A stretch of 64,000 bases of DNA. It comes from Streptococcus oralis (GTDB taxonomy: Bacteria > Bacillota > Bacilli > Lactobacillales > Streptococcaceae). Positions 1 through 11,434 of the stretch are shown here, in pieces. Below the pieces are notes generated by a model. The model was not told where the DNA came from. It worked only from the letters and a program-made list of their open reading frames with translations, and made no database searches. The DNA is taken from positions 6,638 to 70,637 of the forward strand of contig CAJPPL010000001.1 of NCBI GenBank assembly GCA_905372585.1, read 5' to 3'. The translations under genes were made by a program, and so were the position numbers. Each line of letters opens with the position of its first letter. Position 1 is the first letter of the stretch.

Positions 1-1893
1 TTACCAAATAATCACACGGTCCTCTGGTGAACGCCACATGCCGTCGCCTTCTTTGACATCATAGGTTATAAAGAAGTCATCGAAGTTTGGTACTTGAACA
101 TTGACACGGAGTTTGGCAGGCGCGTGCACGTCGACACTGGCCATGAGTTTCATCAACTCAGGACGGCCTTTCATACGCCAGATACGAGCAAAGTTGTGGA
201 AGAATTCTTCAGCTGAGAAGTCTGGTTCTCTCTTGGCTGCTTCAAGGGCAGCAGCAATTCCTCCCAAGTCAGCAACATTTTCTGATACAGTTAGTTTTCC
301 GTTGATCGTTGCACCGTAAGATTCTTGCCCATCAAACTGGTCGATAACTTTCTGCGTTTTTTCTTTAAAGGCAGCATAGTCGCTTTCTGTCCACCAATCC
401 TTGAGGCTACCATTTTCATCAAAGGACGCACCATTTGTGTCAAAGGCGTGAGAAATCTCGTGGGCAATAACAGCCCCAATACCACCGTAGTTGGCAGAAG
501 ACGACTGATGCAAGTCATAGAATGGAGCCTGCAAAATGGCCGCTGGGAAGACAATCAAGTTCTTCTGAGGATTGTAGTAGGCATTAACCATGTGAGCTGG
601 CATCCCCCACTCCTTGTAGTCAACCGGTTGGTTCCACTTGCTCCAGCTGTGCTTGATTTCCACACGCGCAAAGGCTAGAGCATTCTCAAAGAGACTGGCA
701 GTTTCATCCACTACTTTGTCCTTGTAGCGTTCTGGCAATTCCTCTGGATAACCGATATAAGGCTTGATGACATTGAGTTTGACAATGGCCTTATCACGCG
801 TTTCAGGTGTGAGCCAGTCGTTCTTAGCCAAGCGTTCCTTATAAACGTCAATCATAGTTGCTACTTTTTTCTCTACGTCTGCCTTGGCTTCTGGAGAGAA
901 TTTTTCATGCGCATACCAGAGACCAAGAGCTTGCTTGAAAGGACCTTGGGCCAAGTGATAAGCTGCCTTGACCTTGTCCTGTGCTTCTGGCACACCTGAA
1001 AGGGCACGTCCGTAGGCACCTGACAAAACACGAATCTCGTCAGTTAGATAGCTGGTTGAGAGATTGACCACACCCAAAGTCAAGGTTGCTTTGAGTAAAG
1101 GCCAAGCTTCTTCACTATAGAATTGGTCTGCTGCTTGCCAGAAACGTTCCTCGTCCACGATAACCTTGTCTGGTACTTGTCCAAGAACGATTTGGAAGAA
1201 GTCATCCAAAGGTAGGGCAGGGGCGAATTTCTTGAAATCTTCATAAGAATATGGATGGTAGAGTTTGGCATATTCTGAACTTTCTTCGTTAGAAAGAACC
1301 ACTGCTGCGATACGACGGTCCAATTCCAATCTCTTCTCTAGTAAGTCTTCGATTTCCTCATCTGAAAAATCATAGGCTTTGAGAAGATTTGCAGTACTTT
1401 CCTTCCAAAGAGTCAAGAGTTCCTCACGCTGAGGATGGTCTTCAGCGTAGTAAGTCGTATCTGGCAAAATAGTCCCTGGTGCACTGGCCCAGAGAACATT
1501 GGTTCTGGCATCCATAAAGTCTGGTGATACGCCAAATGGGAGGAAGTTTGGCTTACCAGCTAGTTCAAACTCTGCCAGTTTGCTGGTGAAATCTGCGAAG
1601 CTCTCCAAGTCTTGGTATTCCTTAAGTAGAGGAAGGACAGGCTTGATTCCATCTGCTTCTCTCTTGTCAAAATCACGTACCATACGATGGTACTTAACAA
1701 AGTTTGCGAGGATAGCATCCTCTGGAACCTCTTCACCCGCCAACCACTTGTCCGTAGTCGCCAGCATCAACTCTTCAATTTCCTCGTCAAGGTCAATAAA
1801 ACCACCTGTTCGAGATTTGTCAGCTGGAATGACAGCTGTTTTTTCCCATTCGCCATTGATTGCATCATAAAAATCGTCTTGATAACGTGTCAT
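1..1893 (-). CDS. pepO: M13-family zinc metalloendopeptidase O
   Basis: Complete 630-aa ORF. Zinc motif VIAHEISHAF and downstream ENVADLGG are typical of neprilysin/PepO enzymes. Confidence 0.9.
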   Translation of the reverse strand: MTRYQDDFYDAINGEWEKTAVIPADKSRTGGFIDLDEEIEELMLATTDKWLAGEEVPEDAILANFVKYHRMVRDFDKREADGIKPVLPLLKEYQDLESFADFTSKLAEFELAGKPNFLPFGVSPDFMDARTNVLWASAPGTILPDTTYYAEDHPQREELLTLWKESTANLLKAYDFSDEEIEDLLEKRLELDRRIAAVVLSNEESSEYAKLYHPYSYEDFKKFAPALPLDDFFQIVLGQVPDKVIVDEERFWQAADQFYSEEAWPLLKATLTLGVVNLSTSYLTDEIRVLSGAYGRALSGVPEAQDKVKAAYHLAQGPFKQALGLWYAHEKFSPEAKADVEKKVATMIDVYKERLAKNDWLTPETRDKAIVKLNVIKPYIGYPEELPERYKDKVVDETASLFENALAFARVEIKHSWSKWNQPVDYKEWGMPAHMVNAYYNPQKNLIVFPAAILQAPFYDLHQSSSANYGGIGAVIAHEISHAFDTNGASFDENGSLKDWWTESDYAAFKEKTQKVIDQFDGQESYGATINGKLTVSENVADLGGIAAALEAAKREPDFSAEEFFHNFARIWRMKGRPELMKLMASVDVHAPAKLRVNVQVPNFDDFFITYDVKEGDGMWRSPEDRVIIW

Positions 1894-2010
1894 CTTGTTC
1901 TCGCTTTCATTTTTTCACTTATTCTTAGCTTAGCAAAAAACACTTGGGAATGCAATTAAAAATGGTTTCTCTTTTTTCTTCATTTTTCAGTTATTATTTT
2001 AAATTTTTCA

Positions 2011-2032
2011 AAAATTAACTTGACTTAATTTT
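2011..2032 (+). promoter_or_regulatory. PsaR/ScaR-type Mn-repressor operator (AAAATTAA-CTTGAC-TTAATTTT palindrome)
   Basis: Perfect 8-bp inverted arms AAAATTAA/TTAATTTT flank and overlap the -35 TTGACT of the psaB promoter. This matches my recollection of the streptococcal psa/sca operator. Confidence 0.6.
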
Positions 2033-2048
2033 TTTTTTAAGGTATATT
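2020..2048 (+). promoter_or_regulatory. psaBCA promoter (-35 TTGACT, 17-nt spacer, -10 TATATT)
   Basis: TTGACT at 2020-2025 and TATATT at 2043-2048. The spacer contains a T10 run (2029-2038). RBS AGGAGG lies upstream of the ATG at 2073. Confidence 0.55.
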
Positions 2049-2072
2049 AAAAGGCAGGAGGAATACAACTGT

Positions 2073-2795
2073 ATGATACGTATCGAAAACCTAAGTGTCT
2101 CCTACAAAGAAACGTTGGCACTAAAGAATATTTCACTAGTGCTCCAAGGACCAACTATTACCGGAATTATTGGTCCAAACGGTGCTGGAAAATCAACTTT
2201 ATTAAAAAGTATGTTGGGAATTATCCCACATGAAGGTCAGGCCTTTCTCGATGACAAAGAATTCAAGAAATCTTTACATCGAGTTGCCTATGTCGAGCAA
2301 AAGATCCATATCGACTACAATTTCCCTATCAAGGTCAAGGAATGCGTCTCTCTGGGACTCTATCCATCCATCCCACTCTTTCACACCTTAAAGGCCAGCC
2401 ACTGGAAAAAAGTGGCAGATGCACTTGAAATCGTTGGGCTCTCAGACTATGCTGATCGCCAAATCAGCCAACTCTCAGGAGGACAATTTCAACGTGTGTT
2501 GATTGCCCGCTGTTTAGTGCAGGAAGCTGACTACATCTTTCTAGATGAGCCATTTGTCGGGATTGACTCGGTTAGTGAAGAGATTATCATGAACACGCTG
2601 AGAGACCTTAAAAAAGCTGGTAAAACAGTTCTCATCGTCCATCATGACCTCAGCAAAGTCCCCCATTATTTCGACCAAGTTTTGCTTCTCAATCGAGAAT
2701 TAATAGACCTTGGTCCAACTGAAGAAACCTTTACCGAAGCCAATCTCAAAAAAGCTTATGGTAGCAAACTCTTTTTTAATGGAGGTGACCTATGA
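2073..2795 (+). CDS. psaB: Manganese ABC transporter ATP-binding protein
   Basis: Walker [10 protein letters not shown], signature LSGGQ, Walker B FLDEP. First gene of the psaBCA-like operon. Confidence 0.9.
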   Translation: MIRIENLSVSYKETLALKNISLVLQGPTITGIIGPNGAGKSTLLKSMLGIIPHEGQAFLDDKEFKKSLHRVAYVEQKIHIDYNFPIKVKECVSLGLYPSIPLFHTLKASHWKKVADALEIVGLSDYADRQISQLSGGQFQRVLIARCLVQEADYIFLDEPFVGIDSVSEEIIMNTLRDLKKAGKTVLIVHHDLSKVPHYFDQVLLLNRELIDLGPTEETFTEANLKKAYGSKLFFNGGDL

Positions 2796-3640
2796 TAGCA
2801 GAATTTATCGATGGATTGCAACATTTCCATTTCCTACAAAATGCCTTGATAACAGCTATAGTCATCGGGGTGGTTGCTGGAGCTGTGGGATGTTTTATCA
2901 TCTTACGTGGAATGTCTCTCATGGGGGATGCCATTTCTCACGCAGTTTTGCCCGGCGTAGCCCTTTCCTTTATCCTGGGAATTGATTTCTTTATTGGAGC
3001 GATCATCTTTGGCTTGATGGCTTCCATCATCATTACCTACATCAAGGGTAACTCTATCATCAAGAGTGACACTGCCATTGGTATTACCTTTTCATCTTTC
3101 TTAGCCCTAGGTGTCATCTTGATTAGTGTTGCCAAGAGTTCGACAGACCTCTTCCATATCCTTTTTGGGAATATTCTCGCTGTCCAAGATACGGACATGT
3201 GGATCACCATTGGTGTGGGGGCAATCATTCTCTTGATTATCGGGATTTTCTTTAAACAACTATTGATTACATCCTTTGACGAGCTCCTAGCTAAAGCCAT
3301 GGGAATGCCTGTCAATTTCTACCACTATCTGCTCATGGTGCTCTTGACCCTTGTGTCAGTCACTGCCATGCAAAGTGTTGGAACTATTCTTATTGTGGCC
3401 ATGTTGATCACCCCAGCTGCGACGGCTTACCTTTATGCGAATAGCCTAAAGAGCATGATTTTTCTTTCATCAACCCTAGGGGCAACCGCTTCTGTTTTGG
3501 GACTCTTTATCGGCTATAGCTTCAACCTCGCAGCAGGATCCAGCATCGTGCTCACATCCGCCAGCTTCTTCTTAATCAGTTTCTTTATCTCTCCAAAGCA
3601 ACGATACTTGAAACTAAAAAATAAAAAAATCAATAAATAA
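2792..3640 (+). CDS. psaC: Manganese ABC transporter permease
   Basis: Polytopic hydrophobic 282-aa protein. Its start overlaps the psaB stop by 4 nt, suggesting translational coupling. Confidence 0.9.
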   Translation: MIAEFIDGLQHFHFLQNALITAIVIGVVAGAVGCFIILRGMSLMGDAISHAVLPGVALSFILGIDFFIGAIIFGLMASIIITYIKGNSIIKSDTAIGITFSSFLALGVILISVAKSSTDLFHILFGNILAVQDTDMWITIGVGAIILLIIGIFFKQLLITSFDELLAKAMGMPVNFYHYLLMVLLTLVSVTAMQSVGTILIVAMLITPAATAYLYANSLKSMIFLSSTLGATASVLGLFIGYSFNLAAGSSIVLTSASFFLISFFISPKQRYLKLKNKKINK

Positions 3641-3666
3641 GGGGAGACCCTTTCTGGAGGAATCTA

Positions 3667-4596
3667 ATGAAAAAATTAGGTACATTGCTTGTACTCTTTC
3701 TTTCCGTCATTGCACTTGTAGCATGTGCTAGCGGAAAAAAAGATGCTACTTCTGGTCAAAAACTAAAAGTTGTTGCTACAAACTCAATCATCGCTGATAT
3801 TACCAAAAATATCGCTGGCGATAAGATCGATCTTCACAGTATCGTTCCTGTTGGTCAAGACCCACACGAGTACGAACCACTTCCTGAAGACGTAAAGAAA
3901 ACTTCTGAGGCTGACCTCATTTTCTATAACGGTATCAACCTTGAAACAGGTGGCAATGCTTGGTTTACCAAATTGGTCGAAAATGCCAAGAAAACTGAAA
4001 ACAAAGACTACTTTGCAGTCAGCGAAGGCGTTGATGTTATCTACCTTGAAGGCCAAAACGAGAAAGGCAAAGAAGACCCACACGCTTGGCTCAACCTTGA
4101 AAATGGGATGATTTATGCTAAAAATATCGCTAAACAGCTCATTGCCAAAGATCCTAGCAACAAGGAATTCTACGAAAAAAATCTCAAAGACTATACTGAA
4201 AAACTAGACAAACTAGACAAGGAAGCCAAAGAGAAATTTAACAATATCCCTGCTGAGAAGAAACTCATCGTAACCAGCGAAGGATGCTTCAAATACTTCT
4301 CTAAAGCCTACGGAGTTCCAAGTGCCTACATCTGGGAAATCAACACAGAAGAAGAAGGAACACCTGAACAAATTAAGACCTTGGTTGAAAAACTTCGCCA
4401 AACAAAAGTTCCATCCCTCTTTGTTGAATCAAGTGTCGATGACCGTCCAATGAAGACTGTTTCACAAGACACAAATATCCCAATCTACGCACAAATCTTC
4501 ACTGACTCAATCGCTGAAGAAGGTAAAGAAGGTGACAGCTACTACAACATGATGAAATACAACCTTGACAAGATTGCTGAAGGTTTGTCAAAATAA
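3667..4596 (+). CDS. psaA: Manganese-binding lipoprotein (cluster 9 / LraI adhesin family)
   Basis: Signal peptide with lipobox LVAC. 309 aa, with a sequence recognisable as PsaA/ScaA family. Confidence 0.95.
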   Translation: MKKLGTLLVLFLSVIALVACASGKKDATSGQKLKVVATNSIIADITKNIAGDKIDLHSIVPVGQDPHEYEPLPEDVKKTSEADLIFYNGINLETGGNAWFTKLVENAKKTENKDYFAVSEGVDVIYLEGQNEKGKEDPHAWLNLENGMIYAKNIAKQLIAKDPSNKEFYEKNLKDYTEKLDKLDKEAKEKFNNIPAEKKLIVTSEGCFKYFSKAYGVPSAYIWEINTEEEGTPEQIKTLVEKLRQTKVPSLFVESSVDDRPMKTVSQDTNIPIYAQIFTDSIAEEGKEGDSYYNMMKYNLDKIAEGLSK

Positions 4597-4708
4597 TCCA
4601 TTAAAAACGTCATTCTCACCGAATTGGCGTTTTTCAATTTCCAGTCAAATCATTGGAAAAATCTGACAATTCTCGGTAAAATAAAAGAAAAAAGAATGGA
4701 GTAGTTTC

Positions 4709-5203
4709 ATGACCACTTTTCTCGGAAATCCTGTAACCTTTACAGGTAAACAACTGCAAGTCGGAGACAAGGCACTTGACTTTTCTCTTACGACAACCGA
4801 TCTCTCTAAAAAAACGCTAGCTGACTTTGATGGAAAGAAAAAAGTCTTGAGTGTTGTCCCTTCTATCGATACTGGTATCTGCTCAACGCAAACACGTCGA
4901 TTCAACCAAGAACTAGCTAACCTCGACAATACCGTCGTTCTTACTGTTTCTATGGACCTACCATTTGCCCAAGGACGCTGGTGTGGGGCTGAAGGTCTTG
5001 ACAATGCTATCATGCTTTCAGACTACTTCGACCATTCTTTCGGACGCGATTATGCCCTCTTGATCAACGAATGGCATTTCCTTGCACGTGCCGTCTTTGT
5101 TCTCGATACTGACAATGTCATCCGTTATGTAGAATACGTTGACAATATCAACACGGAACCAGACTTTGAAGCTGCTATTGCTGCAGTGAAAGAACTGGAC
5201 TAA
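4709..5203 (+). CDS. tpx: Thiol peroxidase
   Basis: 164 aa. Peroxidatic Cys context PSIDTGICS. Conserved position downstream of psaA (psaD). Confidence 0.9.
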   Translation: MTTFLGNPVTFTGKQLQVGDKALDFSLTTTDLSKKTLADFDGKKKVLSVVPSIDTGICSTQTRRFNQELANLDNTVVLTVSMDLPFAQGRWCGAEGLDNAIMLSDYFDHSFGRDYALLINEWHFLARAVFVLDTDNVIRYVEYVDNINTEPDFEAAIAAVKELD

Positions 5204-5223
5204 AATCAAAGCCATTAGGGCAG

Positions 5224-5249
5224 AAAGCTAGAGAAATCTAGCTTTTTTT
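5224..5249 (+). terminator. Rho-independent terminator after tpx
   Basis: Stem AGCTAG/CTAGCT with loop AGAAAT, followed by T6. Confidence 0.6.
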
Positions 5250-5286
5250 GGTATACTAGATGGAGAGAATGAACAAGAGGAAACGA

Positions 5287-5937
5287 ATGACGCCAAATAA
5301 AGAAGACTACCTAAAATGTATTTATGAAATCGGTACGGAGATGCAGAAAATCACCAATAAGGAAATTGCTACCCGTATGCAGGTCTCTCCGCCTGCTGTA
5401 ACAGAGATGATCAAACGCATGAAAAGTGAAAATCTCATCCTCAAGGATAAGGAGAATGGCTATCTATTGACAGATATTGGCCTCAAACTGGTTTCTGAGC
5501 TCTATCGCAAACACCGGTTGATTGAGGTCTTTCTAGTTCACCATCTCGACTATACCAGTGACCAGATCCACGAAGAAGCTGAGGTCCTAGAGCACACTGT
5601 CTCTGACCTATTTGTAAAGAGACTGGATAAACTACTGGGCTTCCCTAAAACCTGTCCCCACGGTGGAACCATACCAGCCGAGGGAGAACTCTTGGTTGAA
5701 ATCAATAACCTGCCACTAGCGGCCGTCCAGGAAGCTGGAACCTATCTCCTGACTCGCGTTCATGATAGCTTTGAACTACTCAAATATCTAGAAAAGCACG
5801 CAATTCATATCGGTGACCAACTCCAAGTCAAGCAGTTTGATGGCTTTTCCAATAGCTTTACTCTGGTCAACAAAGGTGAAGACCTCCAAGTTAGCATCGA
5901 TATCGCCAAACAACTCTATGTCGAAAAAATTAACTAA
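5287..5937 (+). CDS. psaR: DtxR-family Mn-dependent transcriptional repressor (PsaR/ScaR-like)
   Basis: N-terminal MTPNKEDYLKCIYEIG...VSPPAVTEM winged-HTH typical of DtxR/MntR. I chose the ATG at 5287 rather than the ORF-track start at 5260. An extended -10 TGGTATACT lies at 5249-5257. Confidence 0.8.
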   Translation: MTPNKEDYLKCIYEIGTEMQKITNKEIATRMQVSPPAVTEMIKRMKSENLILKDKENGYLLTDIGLKLVSELYRKHRLIEVFLVHHLDYTSDQIHEEAEVLEHTVSDLFVKRLDKLLGFPKTCPHGGTIPAEGELLVEINNLPLAAVQEAGTYLLTRVHDSFELLKYLEKHAIHIGDQLQVKQFDGFSNSFTLVNKGEDLQVSIDIAKQLYVEKIN

Positions 5938-5944
5938 GCCCTTA

Positions 5945-5985
5945 ATCCCTGAAAGAAGTTCCCTTCAGGGATCGTTTATTATTTT
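5945..5985 (+). terminator. Rho-independent terminator after the regulator
   Basis: Stem ATCCCTGAA/TTCAGGGAT followed by a T-rich tract. Confidence 0.55.
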
Positions 5986-6045
5986 GCTTGTAAGTCCCAT
6001 TCGTTTGGTGTAGAATGAAGCTAGATAAAAGAGGGAGGTTTTCCT

Positions 6046-6459
6046 ATGAAAAAGCTCTTTAGAATCCATTTTGTAGCCATTGTACTCTGCGATTTGCTAC
6101 TGTTGGTAACTTTCAGACCTCGATACGAACTTTCTTTGGAGAGAGGTCTGATTTTTTGCTTCATTTTCATCCTTGCTCAGGGACTACTGCTGTCTCGCTT
6201 AGTCTTCCGACTCAAAAAACAGTTCTCTGAGATTTATCCTCAGATGAACAAAAAAATTCGCCTCTACTACTTAGGGATTCTCTCCGTTGACCTTCTATTA
6301 TTTGTCTTTTTAGCCATCACTGACCCTCAGTATTTCTACTCTCTTACTCCAGTCTTTACTTCCTGTCATTCTACTTTATACTATATAACGGCTAGCCACC
6401 TAAGAGAAAACTATCCCGACTTTTACAACAAACACATCACCTTCTGGGAGTGTCTATAA
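6046..6459 (+). CDS. Hypothetical small integral membrane protein
   Basis: 137-aa ORF with about four hydrophobic segments. RBS GGGAGG upstream. No family recognised. Confidence 0.5.
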   Translation: MKKLFRIHFVAIVLCDLLLLVTFRPRYELSLERGLIFCFIFILAQGLLLSRLVFRLKKQFSEIYPQMNKKIRLYYLGILSVDLLLFVFLAITDPQYFYSLTPVFTSCHSTLYYITASHLRENYPDFYNKHITFWECL

Positions 6460-6462
6460 ACA

Positions 6463-6488
6463 AAAACCAAGCCAGCTGGCTTGGTTTT
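6463..6488. terminator. Bidirectional terminator hairpin between convergent genes
   Basis: AAAACCAAGCC-AGCT-GGCTTGGTTTT, a perfect 11-bp stem with A/T runs on both sides. Confidence 0.65.
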
Positions 6489-6489
6489 C

Positions 6490-6933
6490 TTATCTATTTT
6501 TAGTATCAAGAATGATGGTAACTGGCCCATCATTTACCAGCTCCACCTGCATATCCGCTCCAAAGATGCCTGTCTGAACAGGGACTTCCTGAGCTAGCTT
6601 TTGGTTTAAAGCCTCATAGAAGGCAGCTGCTATATCCGGCTTGGCTGCACCTGTAAAGGCTGGGCGATTGCCTTTCTTAGTATCCGCAAAGAGGGTAAAC
6701 TGAGAAATAGAAAGGATTTCTCCTTCAATATCCTTGACAGACAGATTCATCTTGCCTTCTGCATCAGAAAAAATCCGCATATTGACAAGCTTTCTCACAG
6801 CATAGTCCAAATCTTCCTCTTGGTCCTCTGGGCCAACACCGACCAGCAATAAGAGACCCTGATTGATTTTTCCCTCTACCTGACCTTCAATACTCACTTG
6901 GGCTTTTTTAACCCGTTGGATAATGATTTTCAT
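6490..6933 (-). CDS. dtd: D-aminoacyl-tRNA deacylase
   Basis: 147 aa. MKIIIQRV start, SQFTL and NDGPVT motifs. Confidence 0.9.
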   Translation of the reverse strand: MKIIIQRVKKAQVSIEGQVEGKINQGLLLLVGVGPEDQEEDLDYAVRKLVNMRIFSDAEGKMNLSVKDIEGEILSISQFTLFADTKKGNRPAFTGAAKPDIAAAFYEALNQKLAQEVPVQTGIFGADMQVELVNDGPVTIILDTKNR

Positions 6934-6962
6934 AATAGCCTTTCTAGTAAGAGCTAGGACAA

Positions 6963-9179
6963 TTAGCCATTAGTCCGTTTAACAGAGTAAACCTCTGGCA
7001 CACTCTTAATCTTATCCACGACTGTGGTCAGTGTAGAGAGGTTGGAAATACCAAAGGAGACATGGATATTAGCAAATTTCATATCCTTAGTTGGCTGAGC
7101 ATTAACGGTTGAGATATTCTTGGTCGTGTTTGAGAGAACTTGTAAAACATCATTTAAGAGCCCTGTACGGTTGAGACCATAGATATCGATGTGGGCAGTG
7201 TATTCCTTGCTTGAGAATTGATCTTCCCACTCCACATCAAGGAGACGTTGCTCGTAGTTTTCTTGGGCACGGAGATTCATACAGTCCACACGGTGAATAG
7301 CCACACCGCGTCCCTTAGTAATGTAACCGACAATGTCGTCACCCGGAACTGGATTGCAACACTTGGCAATCCGAACTAGGAGACCTGAAGCCCCTTCAAT
7401 GACCACACCACCCTCATGCTTAACCTTGAGGGTTTCTTTGTTCTCGACTTTAACTTCGCCACCTTTGACAAGCTCTTCTGCTTCCGCCTTGGCCTTGGCA
7501 CGCTCTTCCTCACGGCGTTCCTTTTCGGTCAAACGGTTAAAGACGGTAATAGCGCCAATTTCTCCAAAACCAATGGCTGCGTAGAGAGCCTCCTCTGTCT
7601 TGTAGCTGGTCTTTTGAAGAACCTCATCCATATGGCGCTTGTCCATGAATTTATTGGCTACATAGCCGTTTTCTTGGAACTGGGCCATCAACATCTCACG
7701 GCCCTTGTTAACGGATAATTCCTTGTCTTGATTTTTAAAGAACTGACGAATCTTGTTGCGCGCCTTGCTGGTCTTGACCATGTTGAGCCAGTCACGACTC
7801 GGACCAAAGGAGTTGGGATTGGTGATAATTTCAACCTGATCCCCTGTCTTGAGCTTGGTTGTCAGCGGAACCATACGGCCATTGACCTTGGCACCAGTCG
7901 CTTTTTCACCGACTTTGGTATGGATTTCATAGGCAAAGTCAATCGGTCCTGAATCTTTTGGTAGGGAGCGAACCGCACCATCAGGAGTAAAGACGTAAAT
8001 CTCCTCCGCCAGATAGTTTTCCTTAACAGAGTCCACAAATTCCTTGGCATCATCAGCCTGGTCTTGGAGCTCCATCATCTCCTTGATCCAGTTCATTCCA
8101 ATAGCAGATTCCTTGCTGTTGACCTGCCCTTTAATGCCTTTCTTATAAGCCCAGTGAGCCGCAACCCCATACTCAGCCACCTCATGCATTTCCTTGGTAC
8201 GAATCTGGAATTCAATCGGCCCTTTTGGCCCATAAACAGTCGTATGAATAGACTGGTAACCGTTGGCCTTGCGGTTAGCGATATAGTCTTTGAAGCGGCC
8301 TGGCATGGGTTTCCAAAGTTCATGCACATAACCCAGCATGGCGTAAACATCACTCTGGGTATCTAAGATACAGCGAATGGCAATCAGGTCATAAATTTCC
8401 TCAAAGCGTTTCTTCTTATCCTGCATCTTGCGGTAGATCGAATAGATATGCTTAGGACGACCATAGATTTTCCCTTTGAGATTGCGTTCGGTAGCATAGT
8501 CCTCCAACTTGGTTACGACTTCGTCGACCAGAGCCTCACGTTCTCTGCGTTTTTCTTTCATCATGTGGGTAATCTTGTAAAACTCAGTTGGATTGAGGTA
8601 ACGGAAAGATAGATCTTCCAACTCCCACTTGACACTGGAAATCCCTAGACGATGAGCAAGTGGTGCGTAAATTTCCATGGTTTCTCTGGAGATCCGTTCT
8701 TGCTTGTCCTTTCGCAGGTGTTTAAGAGTCCGCATATTGTGCAAACGATCCGATAATTTAACCAAGATAACACGGATATCCTCAGACATGGCCATAAGCA
8801 TCTTGCGATGATTTTCAGCCAATTGTTCCTCGAGTGATTTGTACTCAACCTTACCAAGTTTGGTTACCCCATCAACGATAATCCGAACATCATGACCGAA
8901 CTCTCTCTCCAAATCATCCAGTGTCGCATCTGTGTCTTCAACTACGTCATGCAAAAAACCACAGGCAACGGTTACGGCATCCAGCTTGAGCTTAGCCAGA
9001 ATGCCTGCTACCTGAATGGGATGGATAATATAGGGCTCACCTGATTTCCGAAACTGCCCACTATGACAGTCAACTGCGTAAATCAATGCTTTTTGTACAA
9101 AAGCAACGTCTTCCTTTGTTAAATATTCTCTCGTTAAAGCGACCACCTGATCGCCCGTCAAATTCACTTCTTTCGGCAT
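6963..9179 (-). CDS. relA: Bifunctional (p)ppGpp synthetase/hydrolase
   Basis: 738 aa. HD hydrolase motif (HDVVEDT), then synthetase, TGS and ACT regions. dtd lies downstream, as is usual in Firmicutes. Confidence 0.95.
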   Translation of the reverse strand: MPKEVNLTGDQVVALTREYLTKEDVAFVQKALIYAVDCHSGQFRKSGEPYIIHPIQVAGILAKLKLDAVTVACGFLHDVVEDTDATLDDLEREFGHDVRIIVDGVTKLGKVEYKSLEEQLAENHRKMLMAMSEDIRVILVKLSDRLHNMRTLKHLRKDKQERISRETMEIYAPLAHRLGISSVKWELEDLSFRYLNPTEFYKITHMMKEKRREREALVDEVVTKLEDYATERNLKGKIYGRPKHIYSIYRKMQDKKKRFEEIYDLIAIRCILDTQSDVYAMLGYVHELWKPMPGRFKDYIANRKANGYQSIHTTVYGPKGPIEFQIRTKEMHEVAEYGVAAHWAYKKGIKGQVNSKESAIGMNWIKEMMELQDQADDAKEFVDSVKENYLAEEIYVFTPDGAVRSLPKDSGPIDFAYEIHTKVGEKATGAKVNGRMVPLTTKLKTGDQVEIITNPNSFGPSRDWLNMVKTSKARNKIRQFFKNQDKELSVNKGREMLMAQFQENGYVANKFMDKRHMDEVLQKTSYKTEEALYAAIGFGEIGAITVFNRLTEKERREEERAKAKAEAEELVKGGEVKVENKETLKVKHEGGVVIEGASGLLVRIAKCCNPVPGDDIVGYITKGRGVAIHRVDCMNLRAQENYEQRLLDVEWEDQFSSKEYTAHIDIYGLNRTGLLNDVLQVLSNTTKNISTVNAQPTKDMKFANIHVSFGISNLSTLTTVVDKIKSVPEVYSVKRTNG

Positions 9180-9267
9180 CTATACTCTCCAATTCTTCCT
9201 ACCATTTTATCACTTTTTTAAGGATATGAAAACTAGAAAAGCCTGTTTTTATGCCAATACCAATCAT

Positions 9268-9304
9268 TAAAAAAACACTGCCAGATTTCTCTAGCAGTGT
9301 TTTG
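9268..9304 (-). terminator. Rho-independent terminator after msmK
   Basis: Read on the minus strand: ACACTGC...GCAGTGT stem followed by T7. Confidence 0.6.
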
Positions 9305-9317
9305 ACATTTCATTTGC

Positions 9318-10448
9318 TTAGTAGACTGTTTTTTCAGTTTCTACGTCGAAGAAGTGTGCTTTGTTCAAGTCAAATCCAAGTTCAACTGTTGCACCTGTTT
9401 GCAAGTAGTCACGAGCATCCACTTTTGCAACAAATTCGTCTTTACCAACTTGGCAGTAAAGGTGAGATTCTGAACCAAGCAATTCTGATACTGAGATAGT
9501 TGCTTTAACCACTGATTCTGGGAATGTTTCAAGGAAAGCAGGTTCTGCATTCACATCTTCTGGACGGATACCGAAAATCAATTCTTTTCCTTCGTAGCCT
9601 TTGTCACGAAGAACTTTCAAAGCACCTTCTGGCACTTTCAAGCGGAAACCGTCAGAAACAATTTCACCACCAACCAATTTCACATTGATGAAGTTCATAG
9701 CTGGGCTTCCGATGAATCCTGCTACAAATTTGTTAACTGGGTTTTTGTAAACTTCTTGAGGAGTACCGATTTGTTCAACACGTCCGATAGTACCTGTACC
9801 AGCTGGGTTCTTAGTTGCTGACATGATAACGATACGGTCTGCAAGAGTCATCGCTTCTGTTTGGTCGTGAGTTACGTAGATAGTTGTAGCTCCGATACGA
9901 CGGTGAATCTTCGCAATTTCAGCACGCATAGATACACGAAGTTTGGCATCCAAGTTTGACAAAGGTTCGTCCATCAAGAACACTTTTGCATCACGGACGA
10001 TGGCACGACCCATGGCAACACGTTGACGTTGACCACCAGAAAGGTCAGCAGGTTTACGATCCAAGAATTCTTTCAAACCAAGGATTGCTGCTGCTTCTTG
10101 AACACGTTTGTCGATGTCTTCCTTGCTGTATTTACGCAATTTCAAACCGAAAGCCATGTTGTCATATACAGTCATGTGTGGGTAAAGAGCGTAGTTTTGG
10201 AATACCATGGCGATGTCACGGTCTTTTGGAGCTACGTCGTTGACAACCACACCATCGATAGATGCAGTACCTTCTGTAATGTCTTCAAGACCAGCAATCA
10301 TACGAAGAGTTGTTGATTTACCACATCCTGAAGGACCTACGAAAACGATAAATTCCTTGTCTTTGATGTCCAAGTTGAAGTCTTCAACTGAGTAGTGTTC
10401 GCTGTTTGGATATTTTTTGTAAATGTTTTTAAGATTTAATTCTACCAT
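9318..10448 (-). CDS. msmK: Multiple-sugar ABC transporter ATPase (MalK/MsmK type)
   Basis: 376 aa. [28 protein letters not shown], plus a C-terminal MalK-like regulatory domain. Confidence 0.85.
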   Translation of the reverse strand: MVELNLKNIYKKYPNSEHYSVEDFNLDIKDKEFIVFVGPSGCGKSTTLRMIAGLEDITEGTASIDGVVVNDVAPKDRDIAMVFQNYALYPHMTVYDNMAFGLKLRKYSKEDIDKRVQEAAAILGLKEFLDRKPADLSGGQRQRVAMGRAIVRDAKVFLMDEPLSNLDAKLRVSMRAEIAKIHRRIGATTIYVTHDQTEAMTLADRIVIMSATKNPAGTGTIGRVEQIGTPQEVYKNPVNKFVAGFIGSPAMNFINVKLVGGEIVSDGFRLKVPEGALKVLRDKGYEGKELIFGIRPEDVNAEPAFLETFPESVVKATISVSELLGSESHLYCQVGKDEFVAKVDARDYLQTGATVELGFDLNKAHFFDVETEKTVY

Positions 10449-10561
10449 CGAGGTGAACTCCTTTTGTCTTTTGATAGTTTTATTATAGATGAAAACGCTT
10501 TATTTTTCTATGGCAAGGTGACCAAAAAAATAAAAAAGTTCTGTGCAACTTGCACAAAACT

Positions 10562-11431
10562 TTAAAGAATATCTGGTAAAATCAACTGATAACAAAGAGT
10601 GAGATCCGTCAACTCCTTCAACTGAAGTCCTGTCAATTCTTCCCATTTGTCAATCTTGTATTGGAGAGAATTGCGGTGCAGATAGAGTTGCTGGGCTGTT
10701 TTGGTCAGAACAGCACTGTTTTCCCAGAGAGAAAGGATAATTTCCTGAATCTGATCCTGATCCAAAATCATCTGGTGCAGGCAGTCTTTAATGACTCTCA
10801 GGTCCACAATCCTTTCTCCCATACTCCAAAGATAGAGCTGTGAAAAGGTATGTACACCTTGATGCCCCTGACGCCACCAAGTCTTAAACAAATCTCGCTC
10901 CGCTTTGATCAAGTCTGATAGGGCTTGAGGGCCTGTCTGAGGCCAAACCTGGCCTAACATGATCGACAGACGAAGACCAAAGTCATACTCAACCGCTTCA
11001 ATCGTATCAGATAAGATTGAGCGAACAGAGGTGTACTTATCTTGTTGAAGCACAAACACATAATCCTGAGCCCCGACCTGTAGCACTGTTTGGCAGTTGG
11101 GAAAGAGGGTCTGCATCATATCCAGCCAAGAAGCTAGATTTTCCTGTTGGTAATAAGACAGATGGCAATAAACCAGCTGAATCTTTTTGAAAGCTTGCGG
11201 TGCCTGCCCCTTCCCCTCAATCAGATAGGGATACCAAGGATTGAGCGAACGAGCCTGCTCCTGCTGGGTTAAAAGGGCAACCAGCTGCTTTTCACGCTCG
11301 CTGAGCCCAGCTTCCTCCAGTAAAATCCACTGCTTAGAAACTAAAGGGAGAGTGAGGTAGCCTGGTTTCTCTGCTGGCTGATCTGAAATCTGAGCTTCAG
11401 GGAACCAGTCTTGTAATTCCTTTGCAATCAT
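10562..11431 (-). CDS. PucR/CdaR-like HTH-domain protein
   Basis: 289 aa. C-terminal LHRNSLQYKIDKWEELTGL resembles the PucR C-terminal HTH. The N-terminal part is not recognised. Confidence 0.55.
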   Translation of the reverse strand: MIAKELQDWFPEAQISDQPAEKPGYLTLPLVSKQWILLEEAGLSEREKQLVALLTQQEQARSLNPWYPYLIEGKGQAPQAFKKIQLVYCHLSYYQQENLASWLDMMQTLFPNCQTVLQVGAQDYVFVLQQDKYTSVRSILSDTIEAVEYDFGLRLSIMLGQVWPQTGPQALSDLIKAERDLFKTWWRQGHQGVHTFSQLYLWSMGERIVDLRVIKDCLHQMILDQDQIQEIILSLWENSAVLTKTAQQLYLHRNSLQYKIDKWEELTGLQLKELTDLTLCYQLILPDIL

Positions 11432-11434
11432 ATC

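Noticed and set aside
4597-4708. Possible terminator (AAAAACG...CGTTTTT) between psaA and tpx
   Set aside because: The 7-bp A/T-rich stem has an 18-nt loop and is too weak to call. tpx is probably co-transcribed or has its own promoter.
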